Shown here in pieces: positions 14,624 through 24,858 of a stretch of DNA of 64,000 bases; position 1 is the first letter of the stretch, and each line of letters opens with the position of its first letter. Under the pieces are notes generated by a model. It ran no database searches and was not told the origin of the DNA. It worked only from the letters and a program-made list of their open reading frames with translations. The stretch is from Candidatus Sulfomarinibacteraceae bacterium (lineage in GTDB: Bacteria; Acidobacteriota; Thermoanaerobaculia; Thermoanaerobaculales; Sulfomarinibacteraceae): positions 576,001 to 640,000 of the forward strand of contig CAWCLO010000010.1 in NCBI GenBank assembly GCA_963796455.1, given 5' to 3'. The position numbers were made by a program, and so were the translations under genes.

Positions 14624-15403
14624 TCAGAACTGGTAGGTGCGATCCTGAACCAACTCCTCCACCGGCCGCGGGAGGGCGGTGTTTTTGATCTCCTCGCGAA
14701 GCTCGTCAACATACGGCGGCTTGAAATGGTAGAGATAGACGGGAACATCGCGGGTCAATTTTGCAAGCTCGACGGCGAGAGTCTGCGGTGTCAGATGCAA
14801 GCTGACATCGGCAACATTTTGCATCCGGTTCGGGAAGGAGACCTCGGTGATCAAAGCAGCAAGATCCTCGGTGGCGTTGGCCACTTCCCAGATCCGGTCG
14901 GTCGGCCCGGTGTCGGATGTGAAAATCACACTCGATCCGCCTTGACGGAGAAGCACCCCGGTGGTCGGCACGATGTGGTTGACCTCAATGGCCACCACCT
15001 CCAGATCTCCAGACGGGAGATCAGTGATCACGAAGGGTCGCTCAACTTCCATTTCTTCAAACTTCACCGAGGGGTACATATGGTTCGGAATGCGGGTGAA
15101 GTCCGGCCAGGTGTCGTTGTTGAAGAGGTGCCGGCGGACCCCGGCAAGAACGCGCTTGGTGCAGAAGATCGACACCGGTTGATCGCTCGAGCCGAAGGAG
15201 TTCTCGATCAGAAACGGCAGCGTGTTGGTGTGATCCATGTGCGTGTGGGTGATCAAAACGTGACGCAGCTTGCGCTGCTCCTCGATGGTCAGGGCGCGGG
15301 TGATGGCACCGGCGTCCACAGCGACACGGCCGTCGATCAAGAACGAAGTCATCCGGCAATCAGGACTATCGCCCCCAAAGCTGCCAAGTACCCGAAAATC
15401 CAT
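14624..15403 (-). CDS. Metallo-beta-lactamase-fold 3',5'-cyclic-nucleotide phosphodiesterase (class II-like)
   Basis: LGSFGG, DAG, THTHMDH, HLFNNDTWPDF, SDTGPT, EVSFPN, HLTP. Confidence 0.8.
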   Translation of the reverse strand: MDFRVLGSFGGDSPDCRMTSFLIDGRVAVDAGAITRALTIEEQRKLRHVLITHTHMDHTNTLPFLIENSFGSSDQPVSIFCTKRVLAGVRRHLFNNDTWPDFTRIPNHMYPSVKFEEMEVERPFVITDLPSGDLEVVAIEVNHIVPTTGVLLRQGGSSVIFTSDTGPTDRIWEVANATEDLAALITEVSFPNRMQNVADVSLHLTPQTLAVELAKLTRDVPVYLYHFKPPYVDELREEIKNTALPRPVEELVQDRTYQF

Positions 15404-15444
15404 GAACCGAGTATACCCGCACCGAAGCGGTTAACATGAGTGCG

Positions 15445-16523
15445 ATGCGTCACTCAACGAACCGGATGTTGCGGCTCGGGCTTCTGCTCTCAGGTGGCGG
15501 TGTGCGTGTGCGGCGGCGAGTGGCGGAACTTGACGCCTTAGAAGATCTCGCCGCCGGCCTCGCGGCGGGGGGGCGCCCCGCGCAACTCTTGATACAGCCG
15601 AAAGGATGGCGGCGGACGAAGCTGCGACCGTCCTTGACCGAGTCGTGGCGGCCGGTTGGCGATGGTTGATTCCGGGAGACGAGGACTTTCCGGAACACCT
15701 GGCTGCGATCAGCGACCCGCCGCTGGGCCTTTTTGTCCGCGGAACGCTGCGCAAGGGGAAAAGGGTCGCCATCGTCGGATCAAGAAAGGCGACGCCCTAT
15801 GGGCTTCAGGTGGCGCGGCTCCTGGGCGAGGAGCTCGGTCGGGAGGGCGTGGTCATGGTCTCCGGGATGGCCCGGGGAGTAGACGCGGCGGCCCACCGCG
15901 GCGCGCTCGCCGCCTCCGGCCCAACCTGGGCGGTGTGGGGCACCGGCCCGGACCGCATTTATCCTCCGGAACACGCGGAGCTTGCCGAAGAGATCGCGAG
16001 CTCTGGCGCGGTGCTCACCGAGTTTCCACCGGGAACCCCTCCCCGCCCGCACCACTTTCCGCAACGCAACCGTATTCTCGCCGGCTTGGCGACGGCGGTC
16101 GTGGTGGTTGAAGCAGCGGCCCGATCCGGCGCCCTGGTGACGGCGCGTCTCGCGGTCGAAGAGGGGCGGGAGGTTTTGGCGGTCCCGGGCAATATCTTTT
16201 CCGAGGCCTCGGTTGGACCGAACACCCTGCTTCGGGTCGGGGCGCGGCCGCTGCTCACACCACGCGATTTGTTTGACGCGATCGGTCACCAGCCGACGCT
16301 TCACGAAAACAAACCGGATCGAAGAGGGCTCCTGCGTTTCATCGACGGAGGCGAGGCGCTCTCGGTGGACCAGCTTGCGGCGCGGGCCCAGGTGGAGGTT
16401 TCTTCGGTGGCGGCCGATTTGCTCACGCTCGAGCTCTCGGGAGAGATCGAACGACGACCCGATGGCCGATACTCCAGGATTCGCGGCGTGCCGTTGATGC
16501 CGGTTGATTCGAAGGACGCATGA
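15445..16523 (+). CDS. dprA: DNA-processing protein DprA, apparently frameshifted at G7 tract 15567-15573
   Basis: DPPLGLFVRG, AIVGSRKAT, VSGMARGVD, FPQRNRILAG, SGALVTA in ORF 15606-16523; N-terminal part lies in another frame (ORF 15436-15669). Confidence 0.88.
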
Positions 16524-17860
16524 AAGAGCTCAAGGAAGTTCTTGTTGTTGGCGGGGGTCTCGCGGGCTGCGAGGCTGCTTGGCAGTTGGCTTGTGCCGGC
16601 GCCCGGGTCCATCTGGTGGAGATGCGACCGACCCGGACGACACCGGTTCATCAAAGCGGTCAACTGGCTGAGTTGGTCTGCTCCAACTCCCTGCGCGGCG
16701 ACGCGCCAACCAATGCGGTGGGTGTCTTGAAGGCGGAAATGGAAGCCCTGGGCTCTTTGATCATCACCACCGCCCGCCGCGCGTCCCTGCCGGCCGGTGG
16801 CGCACTGGCGGTGGACCGGGAGCTCTTCTCCGATGGTGTGGCCGCCGCCATCGAGGGCCATCCGGCAATCACGGTCGAACGGAAGGAGGTGTCCGAGCTT
16901 CCCGAAGGACCAGCGATCATCGCCACGGGCCCGCTGACCTCGCCCGCGCTCCACCGGGCGCTCGACGAGCTCTTTGACGACCGGCCCCTGTCTTTCTTCG
17001 ATGCTGTGGCTCCGATCGTCGCCTCCGATTCGTTGGACATGGCGCGTCTTTTTCGAGCCTCCCGCTACGGCAAGGGCGATGGCGCGGATTACCTCAACTC
17101 TTCCCTCGATCGAGATGGATATGAACGCTTTATCGACGCTTTGTTGGCGGCCGAAAAGACCCCCTTCAAGGAATTCGAGAACCGCGATATCAGCTATTTC
17201 GAGGGTTGTCTCCCGATCGAGGTCATGGCCGAACGCGGGCGAGAGACTCTGCGCTTCGGACCCATGAAACCGGTCGGCTTGACCGACCCCACCACCGACC
17301 GTCGCCCCTGGGCGGTGGTTCAGCTGCGCCAGGACGATCTCGCCGCTGATCACTGGAACCTGGTGGGCTTTCAAACCAAGCTGACTCACGGAGAACAAAA
17401 ACGCGTTTTTCGAATGCTTCCGGGACTCGAAAACGCGCGCTTTGTCCGCCTCGGCATGATTCACCGCAACACCTTTATCAATGCACCGGTCCACCTCGAC
17501 TCCGTCCTCCGGCTTCGTCAACGCCCGGATCTCCGCCTGGCCGGCCAGATGACCGGCGTCGAGGGCTATGTGGAGTCCGCTGCGACCGGTTTGATCGCGG
17601 CGCGCTGTCTTGCCGCCGAACTCGCGGGAGCCGAAGCAACCCCGCCGCCGCCGGAAACAGCGCTCGGCGGTCTGATGCGCCACCTCTCGGCCTCCGACCC
17701 GGGGGGCTTCCAGCCCTCCAATATCAACTGGGGGTTGATGGTCCGACCACAGGAGGTCTGCGCCATCCGCGGCCGGCGGGAGCGCCGACTTCTTCACGCC
17801 GAGATCGCACTTGAGCGGAGCGCCGCCTGGGCGGCAGATCTTCAGGCGCGGAGTGGGTGA
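16520..17860 (+). CDS. trmFO: tRNA (uracil-5-)-methyltransferase TrmFO
   Basis: GGGLAGCEAAWQ, AELVCSNSL, FEGCLPIE, GPMKPVGL, AGQMTGVEGY. Confidence 0.97.
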   Translation: MKELKEVLVVGGGLAGCEAAWQLACAGARVHLVEMRPTRTTPVHQSGQLAELVCSNSLRGDAPTNAVGVLKAEMEALGSLIITTARRASLPAGGALAVDRELFSDGVAAAIEGHPAITVERKEVSELPEGPAIIATGPLTSPALHRALDELFDDRPLSFFDAVAPIVASDSLDMARLFRASRYGKGDGADYLNSSLDRDGYERFIDALLAAEKTPFKEFENRDISYFEGCLPIEVMAERGRETLRFGPMKPVGLTDPTTDRRPWAVVQLRQDDLAADHWNLVGFQTKLTHGEQKRVFRMLPGLENARFVRLGMIHRNTFINAPVHLDSVLRLRQRPDLRLAGQMTGVEGYVESAATGLIAARCLAAELAGAEATPPPPETALGGLMRHLSASDPGGFQPSNINWGLMVRPQEVCAIRGRRERRLLHAEIALERSAAWAADLQARSG

Positions 17861-17937
17861 CCGGGGTCACCCACGGCCGCCCGCGAGCGAACCTTTTGGC
17901 TTTGTTCAGCGTCTCTTCTTATATGAGAGATCAAAAA

Positions 17938-18183
17938 ATGGACCAATTTGTCATTCGCACCGTGCGGCGGGTGATTGATCAGGGAGCGGCCATCAACCGG
18001 GCCGAGGCGGCCCGGTCGAAACTGGTTGTTGCCGATTCCGGTGATCACGCCGAACTTCTGGTCTTGTCTTCCGGTGAGCCGGTTGACCGGGGTGTGCGGT
18101 TTGAGCATCAAGGAATGTGGTGGGTTGTCACTGGCCGTCGCCGGGACAGCGGTGTCGCCGTGGCCGAGCCCGCCGAACACTGA
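17938..18183 (+). CDS. Small hypothetical protein
   Basis: 81-aa ORF after an AT-rich patch, filling the trmFO-xerC gap; start uncertain. Confidence 0.5.
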   Translation: MDQFVIRTVRRVIDQGAAINRAEAARSKLVVADSGDHAELLVLSSGEPVDRGVRFEHQGMWWVVTGRRRDSGVAVAEPAEH

Positions 18184-18218
18184 AACCCGCCATGGCAGGT
18201 TGCTGAAGATGCCGGCGG

Positions 18219-19127
18219 TCAGCCGCGCGGATGGCTCTTTTGGTGAACCGCCATCAAATGTGCGAGATCGACCTTGGTGTAGACCTGGGTGGTGGCGAGT
18301 GAGCTGTGGCCAAGAAGCTCCTGAATGGCCCGGAGATCCATTCCGGCCTCGAGAAGGTGGGTAGCGAAGGCGTGCCGCAGGGCGTGGGGGTGGAGGTGGT
18401 TGAGGTCGGCGCTGCGGCGAACCCCCTGGTCGAGGATCCTCCGCACCGAACGATCGCTGATTCGGCCGCCGCGCTGATTGACAAAGAGGGGTTCCTGATC
18501 GTCTGTGGTCTTGGCGCGAAAGCAGGCCCGATCGGGTAGGTAACGGGTGATCGCCGCCGCCGCGGGGCGGCCAAAAGGCACCAGCCGCTCCTTGCGGCCC
18601 TTGCCGCGGACCCGGACCACCCGTTGGCCGATCTGAACATCGGCGAGATCCAGACCGACCAGTTCGCTGACCCGGAGCCCGGCGGCGTACAAGAGTTCGA
18701 TGAGCGCCCGATCGCGGCGACCGGCGGGTGTGTCAGGGAAGCCCTCGATGATGGCTTCGATGGTGTAGCGATCAGTAACATCCGGCGTGTGGACCGTGTC
18801 CTTCGGGTGCGATACGGAATCGGCGGGGCTCGATTGCAGCCGGTCTTCGGTCACGAGGAATCGGAAATAGGTCCGCAGGGCCGCCAGGGCCCGGCCGATC
18901 GAGCTCGCCGCAAGTCCGCGCGAGTGCAGATGGGCGAGATATGTCCGGACAGAGTTCGGGAGCACAGCATCCGGCGCTTCGATCTCGAGCTCTTGGTGGG
19001 AAAAATCGATAAAGCGACCGAGTTCCCGGCGGTAGGCGAACAGGGTGGCGGGAGACAGGTTGCGTTCCCACTCGAGGTGCTCGAAAAACCGCTCTGCCAA
19101 CCAGCGTTCATCGTTCGCGGCCGTCAT
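18219..19127 (-). CDS. xerC: Tyrosine recombinase XerC/XerD family
   Basis: ELLYAAGLRVSEL, GKGRKERLVP, HPHALRHAFATHLL, IQELLGHSSLATTQVY. Confidence 0.85.
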   Translation of the reverse strand: MTAANDERWLAERFFEHLEWERNLSPATLFAYRRELGRFIDFSHQELEIEAPDAVLPNSVRTYLAHLHSRGLAASSIGRALAALRTYFRFLVTEDRLQSSPADSVSHPKDTVHTPDVTDRYTIEAIIEGFPDTPAGRRDRALIELLYAAGLRVSELVGLDLADVQIGQRVVRVRGKGRKERLVPFGRPAAAAITRYLPDRACFRAKTTDDQEPLFVNQRGGRISDRSVRRILDQGVRRSADLNHLHPHALRHAFATHLLEAGMDLRAIQELLGHSSLATTQVYTKVDLAHLMAVHQKSHPRG

Positions 19128-19939
19128 TTCAGAACCTCGGGTCGCGGCGGGAGGGAACCGGAAGCGCGCCTCCAGGCGATCCTGAAGACGTCTCGAAGCA
19201 TCTGCATCGAATGGCGGACAGCGAGCACTCTCGACGCCTCCACATGGCTCCACCGAACCCCCAGCTCACGAGTTGAGAATCCCCAGTGTTGAGCCACCAC
19301 CAGGTGTTCCACGTCGAAGGCAAAACCATCGGTCTGTTGGACGGCGGCAAGGGATCGCGCGAGATCCCCCGGGTAGAGTTTGAAGCCGCATTGGGTGTCC
19401 TTGTGGTTGGTCAGCCCAAGAGCCTGGACAGCGAGGTTGAAGGTTCGACCCATCACATCCCGATGCCGGGGCTGGCGCTCGCCAATCAATCGGCGGTTCA
19501 CTGCCCGCGACCCGATGGCGACAAATCCCTCATCCACGGCAGCACTTAGAATTCCGAGCTCCTCGATCGGCGCCGAAAGATCCGCGTCGGTCAGCAGAAC
19601 CAGAGCGCCCCTCGAGAGCGCGAACCCGGTTCGGACCGCGGCCCCTTTGCCGCGGTTGATGTCGTGAGTCGCCAGACAGGTTTCGACTCCCGTGGGAGTG
19701 TTGACGGATAAGGCCGCATCACCGGTATGATCTGACGACCCGTCATCGACCACGATGATCTCGGTCGGCAACCAGCGGCTGTTTGCGCCGAGGAAGTCGC
19801 CGATTCTCTCCAGGGTGGGTGGCAATCGATCGGCTTCGTTCAGCGCGGGCACGACCACGCTGAGGGTCATCGCTTGCGGATCGGTCGTCGTCGTGCGACG
19901 AAGATCCTCCCGCGACGCGGGTTGCTTGGAATCACTCAC
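19124..19939 (-). CDS. GT2 glycosyltransferase (dolichyl/undecaprenyl-phosphate glycosyltransferase-like)
   Basis: VVPALNE, VVDDGSSD, NRGKGAAV, DADL, DTQCGFK. Confidence 0.9.
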   Translation of the reverse strand: MSDSKQPASREDLRRTTTTDPQAMTLSVVVPALNEADRLPPTLERIGDFLGANSRWLPTEIIVVDDGSSDHTGDAALSVNTPTGVETCLATHDINRGKGAAVRTGFALSRGALVLLTDADLSAPIEELGILSAAVDEGFVAIGSRAVNRRLIGERQPRHRDVMGRTFNLAVQALGLTNHKDTQCGFKLYPGDLARSLAAVQQTDGFAFDVEHLVVAQHWGFSTRELGVRWSHVEASRVLAVRHSMQMLRDVFRIAWRRASGSLPPRPEVLK

Positions 19940-20001
19940 ACAACCAACTTAGCGAACCCGTGAGGTGAAGTCGATTGCAAAACGTGCGGCTGGCTCGCCC
20001 C

Positions 20002-20490
20002 TCAGGGGGCCTCGTCCACCAGCGACAGAACGGATCCCCCCGCCCAACCCAGAAGAGAATTCTCGCTGCCAAGCAACCCGGTCAGACCGCCGGTCAGGAC
20101 GCCGACCAGCGCGGCTGCCAAAACCCAGGGCACGCGCCTGGGAGGTACCGCAGCTTCGAATTTCACCCCGGCCAGCATCATTCCCGGGGTTCCATGACGG
20201 ACCACGACCAGCGCGGCAGCGGCAAAAATCCACCAGATGACGGCCAGGCCGGCCGCCCACGCAAAGGCAGGTATTGCGGGGCGCTCGCCGAGCAGCAGAA
20301 TGGCCAGGAGAGCTGCGGTGCAGACCGCCAGAATCGCTACCAGATCGGCCCACGATGTGGCCATGAGCGTCACCAATGGCGGGCCCTTGCTGTCGTCCTC
20401 ATCAGGAGGAGGGGGATCATCCGGCAACACAGCCACTTCGCGGTCGGAGAGAGCGTCCCAATCGGTGGGGATCTCGGTCTTTTCGCTCAT
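20002..20490 (-). CDS. Membrane protein, RDD-family-like
   Basis: Three hydrophobic segments; ASWAD, GTPGMMLAGV. Confidence 0.6.
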   Translation of the reverse strand: MSEKTEIPTDWDALSDREVAVLPDDPPPPDEDDSKGPPLVTLMATSWADLVAILAVCTAALLAILLLGERPAIPAFAWAAGLAVIWWIFAAAALVVVRHGTPGMMLAGVKFEAAVPPRRVPWVLAAALVGVLTGGLTGLLGSENSLLGWAGGSVLSLVDEAP

Positions 20491-22649
20491 CGTTTATCAA
20501 TGCTGCCGACAAATATCTCGAGCTGCATATCCACCGGCCGGGCTTTGTAGAGTTCGATGAACTCGAGCATCCGTGGGACCTCTTCGTCGTCGGGTTGGCG
20601 GTCCTTGAGTTCGGACAAAAACACCTCGGCTTCGGAAAGGTTGAACGCCCGCAACTCGGAGAGTCCGGCGTTGAAAAGACTACGGTCATAGAAACGCTGC
20701 AGATCCGCGTCCTCGGGATAACGATCAAAAAGGTCTCTGGTAATACCGAGAGCGGCACGGTAGTCGCTTGAGGCCATCGCGCGGTAGAGATTGGCGGCGT
20801 CGGGCTCTGCCGCGAGAACCTGTTCGCGAACCTCCTCGAGCGACGGGTCATTCGGAGAAATCTGGAGCTCGAGCATCACCCGCTCGTAGGCTGCAATCCA
20901 CCGCTCTCCGGCCACCAATTCGCGACATGCAGCGAGACCGGCGGGAACCGGGGTCGGTACCGGTGTTGCCACCATCTTCCGGTACTCGCTGAGGCGGTTG
21001 TTGATGCGCACCTGAAACTGGTCGTCGGATGAGTTTTCTTCGAGGAGCACGATCGCTTCATCGATCTTCTTCAGGTTGTAGAGTTCAGCGGCCTCCACCA
21101 GGACCCGGTTGACGACGGTGATTCGAGCTTCTTCTGGCGCATCGGGCGCAAAAACGCCCGCAACCCACAAAGAAATGGAAATGACAAAGGTAGCGGTAGC
21201 GCCGATGACGACCCACCACTGCCACGGAATGCGCCTCTTTGGTTTGTCCGGCGTCCGCCACTCACCCTCGAGCGTCTGCGAGGTCCGCGCCACCTCTGCG
21301 CCAAAATCGGAAGTCGTGGCAAATTCGTCGGTGAAGAGCTCGTCCTCGAGATCCGGCATCTCCGGAGCGGCCGGCGAATCGCTTGTTGCAGACTTTGGCG
21401 GTGCTCCCCGGTTGATCTTTTCTTGCAGCCGGGTGGCCTCGACGTGCCTGGGCCAGAGCGAGAGAACGCGCTCGGCGAAATCCCTCGCGAGCTCCACATC
21501 GCCACTTTCGAGAGCGGCCTCGGCGTCAACCAACATGGGGTCGACCCGCCGTTCCAGTTCTTCCATCGCGTGGCGGATGTGGCCGATGCGGTCGAGGGCC
21601 TCTTCGTGGCCATGGTCGATGAGAAGCACTCGTGACCAGGCATCGATGGCCTCGGCATAACGGTCCGCTGCTGCCGCTTCTCCGCCCTTGGCGAGCAGGG
21701 CGCGAATTGCGGCCACAGAGTCATCAGGGTCGATTTCAGCGCCAGCGTCCTCGAAGGTGGTCGGTCCGGCGTCGAAGAGGTCCGCGACACCATCCGCCGG
21801 GGCTTCGTAATAGGGCTCCTCGGTGGCAAAACCGGTGACCGCCTCGGCCGCGTCATCCCCCTCCTGCAAGCTGGTTTCTTCGTCTCCATTGTCCGCGGGC
21901 GGCGGATCAAAATCCGGCACGGTGTCAGCCGACACTTCGCCGGTGGCTGGGCCGTCGTCTGTTTCGGGCGTTTCTGCAAACAAGTCGGCGGTTTCGGCGG
22001 CGGCAAACTCGACCCCGCCGTCAGCGGGCTCTTCAAAAGAGATCTTCTGGGTTTCGGCGGGGTCGGCAACAAAGCCCGCCTGGGCCATGGACATTCCACC
22101 GGCCTTTTCGATCTCGGCGATTGTGGTCGCAATCTCCGGGTGGTGGGGATCGAGCGCCTGCGCCATCATGACAAAATTGGCGGCCTCTTGAGAATTGCCA
22201 TTGCCCAGGGCGTCTCTGGCCTGGCTGAGAAACTGGCCGACCTGGTTCGTGCCCTTGTCTGCTTCTTCGATCTGGGACATCAGGGCGCGGGCCTCAGCGT
22301 GACCAGGTAGATCCAAGAGTACGGTTTCGAGCTTTTCTCTGGCGGCCGAAAAATCTCGATTGTTGAAGTCCTCGACCGCTTCAACCACCAGACTGTTGAT
22401 GGCATCGGTGGTCGGTGCCTGGAGCTGCGAAACAACCTCGTTGAGATCGATTTCCGCGGCGCCGGACGAAAGTTGTTCGTGAAGGTTCAGAGCGGGTGCA
22501 TATGCCGGATCCAAGCGGAGAACGAACTCGATGCCGATGAGGGCTTCCTCGCGGTTGCCCTGCTGGAGTTTGTCGACCACTTGCTTGAATGCGGACATGA
22601 CACGGTCCTGGGCCTGGGGGGAGAGCTCGGGATTGCCGGGATACGCCAT
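20487..22649 (-). CDS. Large TPR-repeat membrane protein with acidic low-complexity linker
   Basis: TPR-like helices (VLRLDP, AQALDPHH, VLLIDHGH), D/E/P-rich middle, TM WWVVIGATATFVISISLWVAGVF, C-terminal TPRs. Confidence 0.8.
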   Translation of the reverse strand: MAYPGNPELSPQAQDRVMSAFKQVVDKLQQGNREEALIGIEFVLRLDPAYAPALNLHEQLSSGAAEIDLNEVVSQLQAPTTDAINSLVVEAVEDFNNRDFSAAREKLETVLLDLPGHAEARALMSQIEEADKGTNQVGQFLSQARDALGNGNSQEAANFVMMAQALDPHHPEIATTIAEIEKAGGMSMAQAGFVADPAETQKISFEEPADGGVEFAAAETADLFAETPETDDGPATGEVSADTVPDFDPPPADNGDEETSLQEGDDAAEAVTGFATEEPYYEAPADGVADLFDAGPTTFEDAGAEIDPDDSVAAIRALLAKGGEAAAADRYAEAIDAWSRVLLIDHGHEEALDRIGHIRHAMEELERRVDPMLVDAEAALESGDVELARDFAERVLSLWPRHVEATRLQEKINRGAPPKSATSDSPAAPEMPDLEDELFTDEFATTSDFGAEVARTSQTLEGEWRTPDKPKRRIPWQWWVVIGATATFVISISLWVAGVFAPDAPEEARITVVNRVLVEAAELYNLKKIDEAIVLLEENSSDDQFQVRINNRLSEYRKMVATPVPTPVPAGLAACRELVAGERWIAAYERVMLELQISPNDPSLEEVREQVLAAEPDAANLYRAMASSDYRAALGITRDLFDRYPEDADLQRFYDRSLFNAGLSELRAFNLSEAEVFLSELKDRQPDDEEVPRMLEFIELYKARPVDMQLEIFVGSIDKR

Positions 22650-22736
22650 GATCATCCATGTTATCAGGCGTTTTTGTGAAGGGTCAACGGAGTCGGTGAA
22701 TCAGCGGGTCCCTTGATGCTGCGGGCCGGTCCGCCT

Positions 22737-24833
22737 TCAGCTCGTAGCCGGTGCGACGGCATCCGGGAATATGAGCCGGACGCGCGAACCCCGCGGCTCG
22801 AGGCTGGACAGCTCAAGCGCACCGCCGTGATCCGAAACAATTCGGTGCACCAGCGCCAAACCCATGCCCGAGCCGCGTCCTTTGGTCGAGAAAAAGGGCT
22901 CCACCAGGGTTTCGGTGTCCTCGGTGGGTAACCCGACCCCGGTGTCCAGGACCTCGATCACCGCTTCGCTCCCCGCAACCACCAACCGGAGTACGATCGT
23001 GCCCTCATCCGGTATGGCCCACACCGCGTTGTCGAGCAGGTTGACGAGAGCCTGGCGCAATTGGACAGGGTCCACCAGGGCCGTGATCGCGTCTGGAGGC
23101 AGATCGACCTCGATCACGAGACCGTCGCGAACGCCCTCATAAAGGGAGCTGACTTCGCGTAGAATCCGACCCAGATTGGTTGGTCGCCGATCGATGACCG
23201 GCATCCGGGCGTACTCCTGAAAGGCATCGACGAGCTCCTTGAGACCCGACACCTGGGCCACGATCGCCTCGCACCCCGAGGTGATGATCCCGCGCAGCTC
23301 GCCATCGAGAGAGCCAGCCCGCCGCTGGATTCTTTCCGCTGCGAGGCGGATCGGAGTCAGCGGGTTCTTGATCTCATGGGCGATGCGTTGCGCGACCTCG
23401 CTCCAGGCGGCCTGACGCTGGGCGCGGATCAATTGGGTGAGATCGTCCATCGCCACGACCCGGCCTCCGCCTGGTAGCGGCCGTGATGTCACGTCGATGT
23501 GAAAGCCGTCCTCGCCTTCTTCGAGATCGATTTCGAAGCGTGCGTTGGCGGTTTCTCCGGTGACGAGTTTTGCGTGCAGCTCCTCGAGCCCCTTGCGATC
23601 GAGCTCGCTCAGATCGAGCCACCTGTTCTCCCACTGAGAGTGACCGAGCATTTTTGCGGCAGCCGGATTGGGACGGAACCGGGTTCCCTGAGCGTCAACC
23701 GAGAGCACCCCTGTCGGCACCGTGGCCAGCAAAGTCGAGAGTTCCTGGTGGGAGGTGAGGATCTCGGCTTCGGTTGCGCGAACACGTCGAACCATCGCGT
23801 TGAACGAATCCACCAGGACCGCCACCTCGTCCGTCGCAGGGACATCAACCTCTTCGAGGGCGTCACCCTCGGCCACGCGTTGAGTGGCTGCGGCGACCGC
23901 CAGCAAGGGCTCTGTGAAACGGCGCGACAGAAAAAGACCCACCCACACGGTCGCGAAGAGCAGCAGCAGGGTGATGGCCAACAACACCAGAATGGTGGTC
24001 GCGGTGATGGTGCCGCGGGTCTGGAGCATCTCCTGAAATTCGGCGTCGGCCGCGATCGCGTTTTCAAGATGGAGCAGGAGCTCGTTCGGCAGCATGTCAC
24101 CGACCACCACCATGCCGTCATCGCCGACGGGTTGCCAGGCTCGAACCAGAAGCCCGCCACGCCACCGATCGGCGCGGGTTCCCGTTGACGGCAGCTGCTC
24201 CCATCGAAGCGGCGGCAGCGAGGCCGGGATTCGCCTCGGGTCGGCGACGGCCTCGATAAGGTCTTCTCCTTCGAAAAGGGCGATCAGGTCAACCCCCAGG
24301 AGCTGGCGCAGCTGAGCCAGGTCCTCCTGGCGCCCGGTTCCTTCGAGTTCGGCGGCCGCGACCTCGACCTGACGGCTGAGGCGCGCCTCGATCAATTCCC
24401 GAACCTGAATGGTGACCTCCTTGCCGCCGCGGAGGATGGTTTCCACCGGGGCGGAGAACCAGCGATCGATGGAGCCCTGAAGAAGGTTGGTGGCGATGAG
24501 GAAGATCAGGATGACGGGAACAAAGGTCAGCCCGACGTAAGTAAAAATGAGCTTGGTCCGAAAATGGCTCCCGAGGACTCCGGTTCGGCGCTCGACCGCC
24601 AGACGAAAAACGTTGCGAAGCAGGATGAAGCTGAGAATCACGATGAGCGAGATGTCGAGGTACCAGAGGACGAAGAGGAGCACGCGATTCGTCAGTTCTT
24701 CCGGTGAAGCCTCCTTGGCGCGTTGCAGGAGGTAGACGGCGCCGGCGGAAAGCAGCAGAAGAAAGACAAAGGTCGCGAGGAGGTACCGCGTCTCGCGGTG
24801 ATACCGACCCCAAATCGAAGCCAGCCAGCTCAT
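22737..24833 (-). CDS. NtrY-like HAMP/PAS sensor histidine kinase
   Basis: AAWSEVAQRIAHEIKNPLTPIRL H-box, NLLDNA, DTGVG, GSGMGLA; N-terminal TMs with SIDRWF. Confidence 0.9.
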   Translation of the reverse strand: MSWLASIWGRYHRETRYLLATFVFLLLLSAGAVYLLQRAKEASPEELTNRVLLFVLWYLDISLIVILSFILLRNVFRLAVERRTGVLGSHFRTKLIFTYVGLTFVPVILIFLIATNLLQGSIDRWFSAPVETILRGGKEVTIQVRELIEARLSRQVEVAAAELEGTGRQEDLAQLRQLLGVDLIALFEGEDLIEAVADPRRIPASLPPLRWEQLPSTGTRADRWRGGLLVRAWQPVGDDGMVVVGDMLPNELLLHLENAIAADAEFQEMLQTRGTITATTILVLLAITLLLLFATVWVGLFLSRRFTEPLLAVAAATQRVAEGDALEEVDVPATDEVAVLVDSFNAMVRRVRATEAEILTSHQELSTLLATVPTGVLSVDAQGTRFRPNPAAAKMLGHSQWENRWLDLSELDRKGLEELHAKLVTGETANARFEIDLEEGEDGFHIDVTSRPLPGGGRVVAMDDLTQLIRAQRQAAWSEVAQRIAHEIKNPLTPIRLAAERIQRRAGSLDGELRGIITSGCEAIVAQVSGLKELVDAFQEYARMPVIDRRPTNLGRILREVSSLYEGVRDGLVIEVDLPPDAITALVDPVQLRQALVNLLDNAVWAIPDEGTIVLRLVVAGSEAVIEVLDTGVGLPTEDTETLVEPFFSTKGRGSGMGLALVHRIVSDHGGALELSSLEPRGSRVRLIFPDAVAPATS

Positions 24834-24858
24834 CAGGAAACGGTCGGTGGCCGGCGGG

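Noticed and set aside
18219..19127. Phage or island integrase
   Set aside because: About 302 aa with a Xer-type signature, housekeeping neighbours, and no att repeats or cargo.
19306..19321. parS-like TGTTCCACGTCGAAGG (and the CACGTG-core 14-mers)
   Set aside because: Three or more mismatches break the palindrome; this copy lies inside a CDS.
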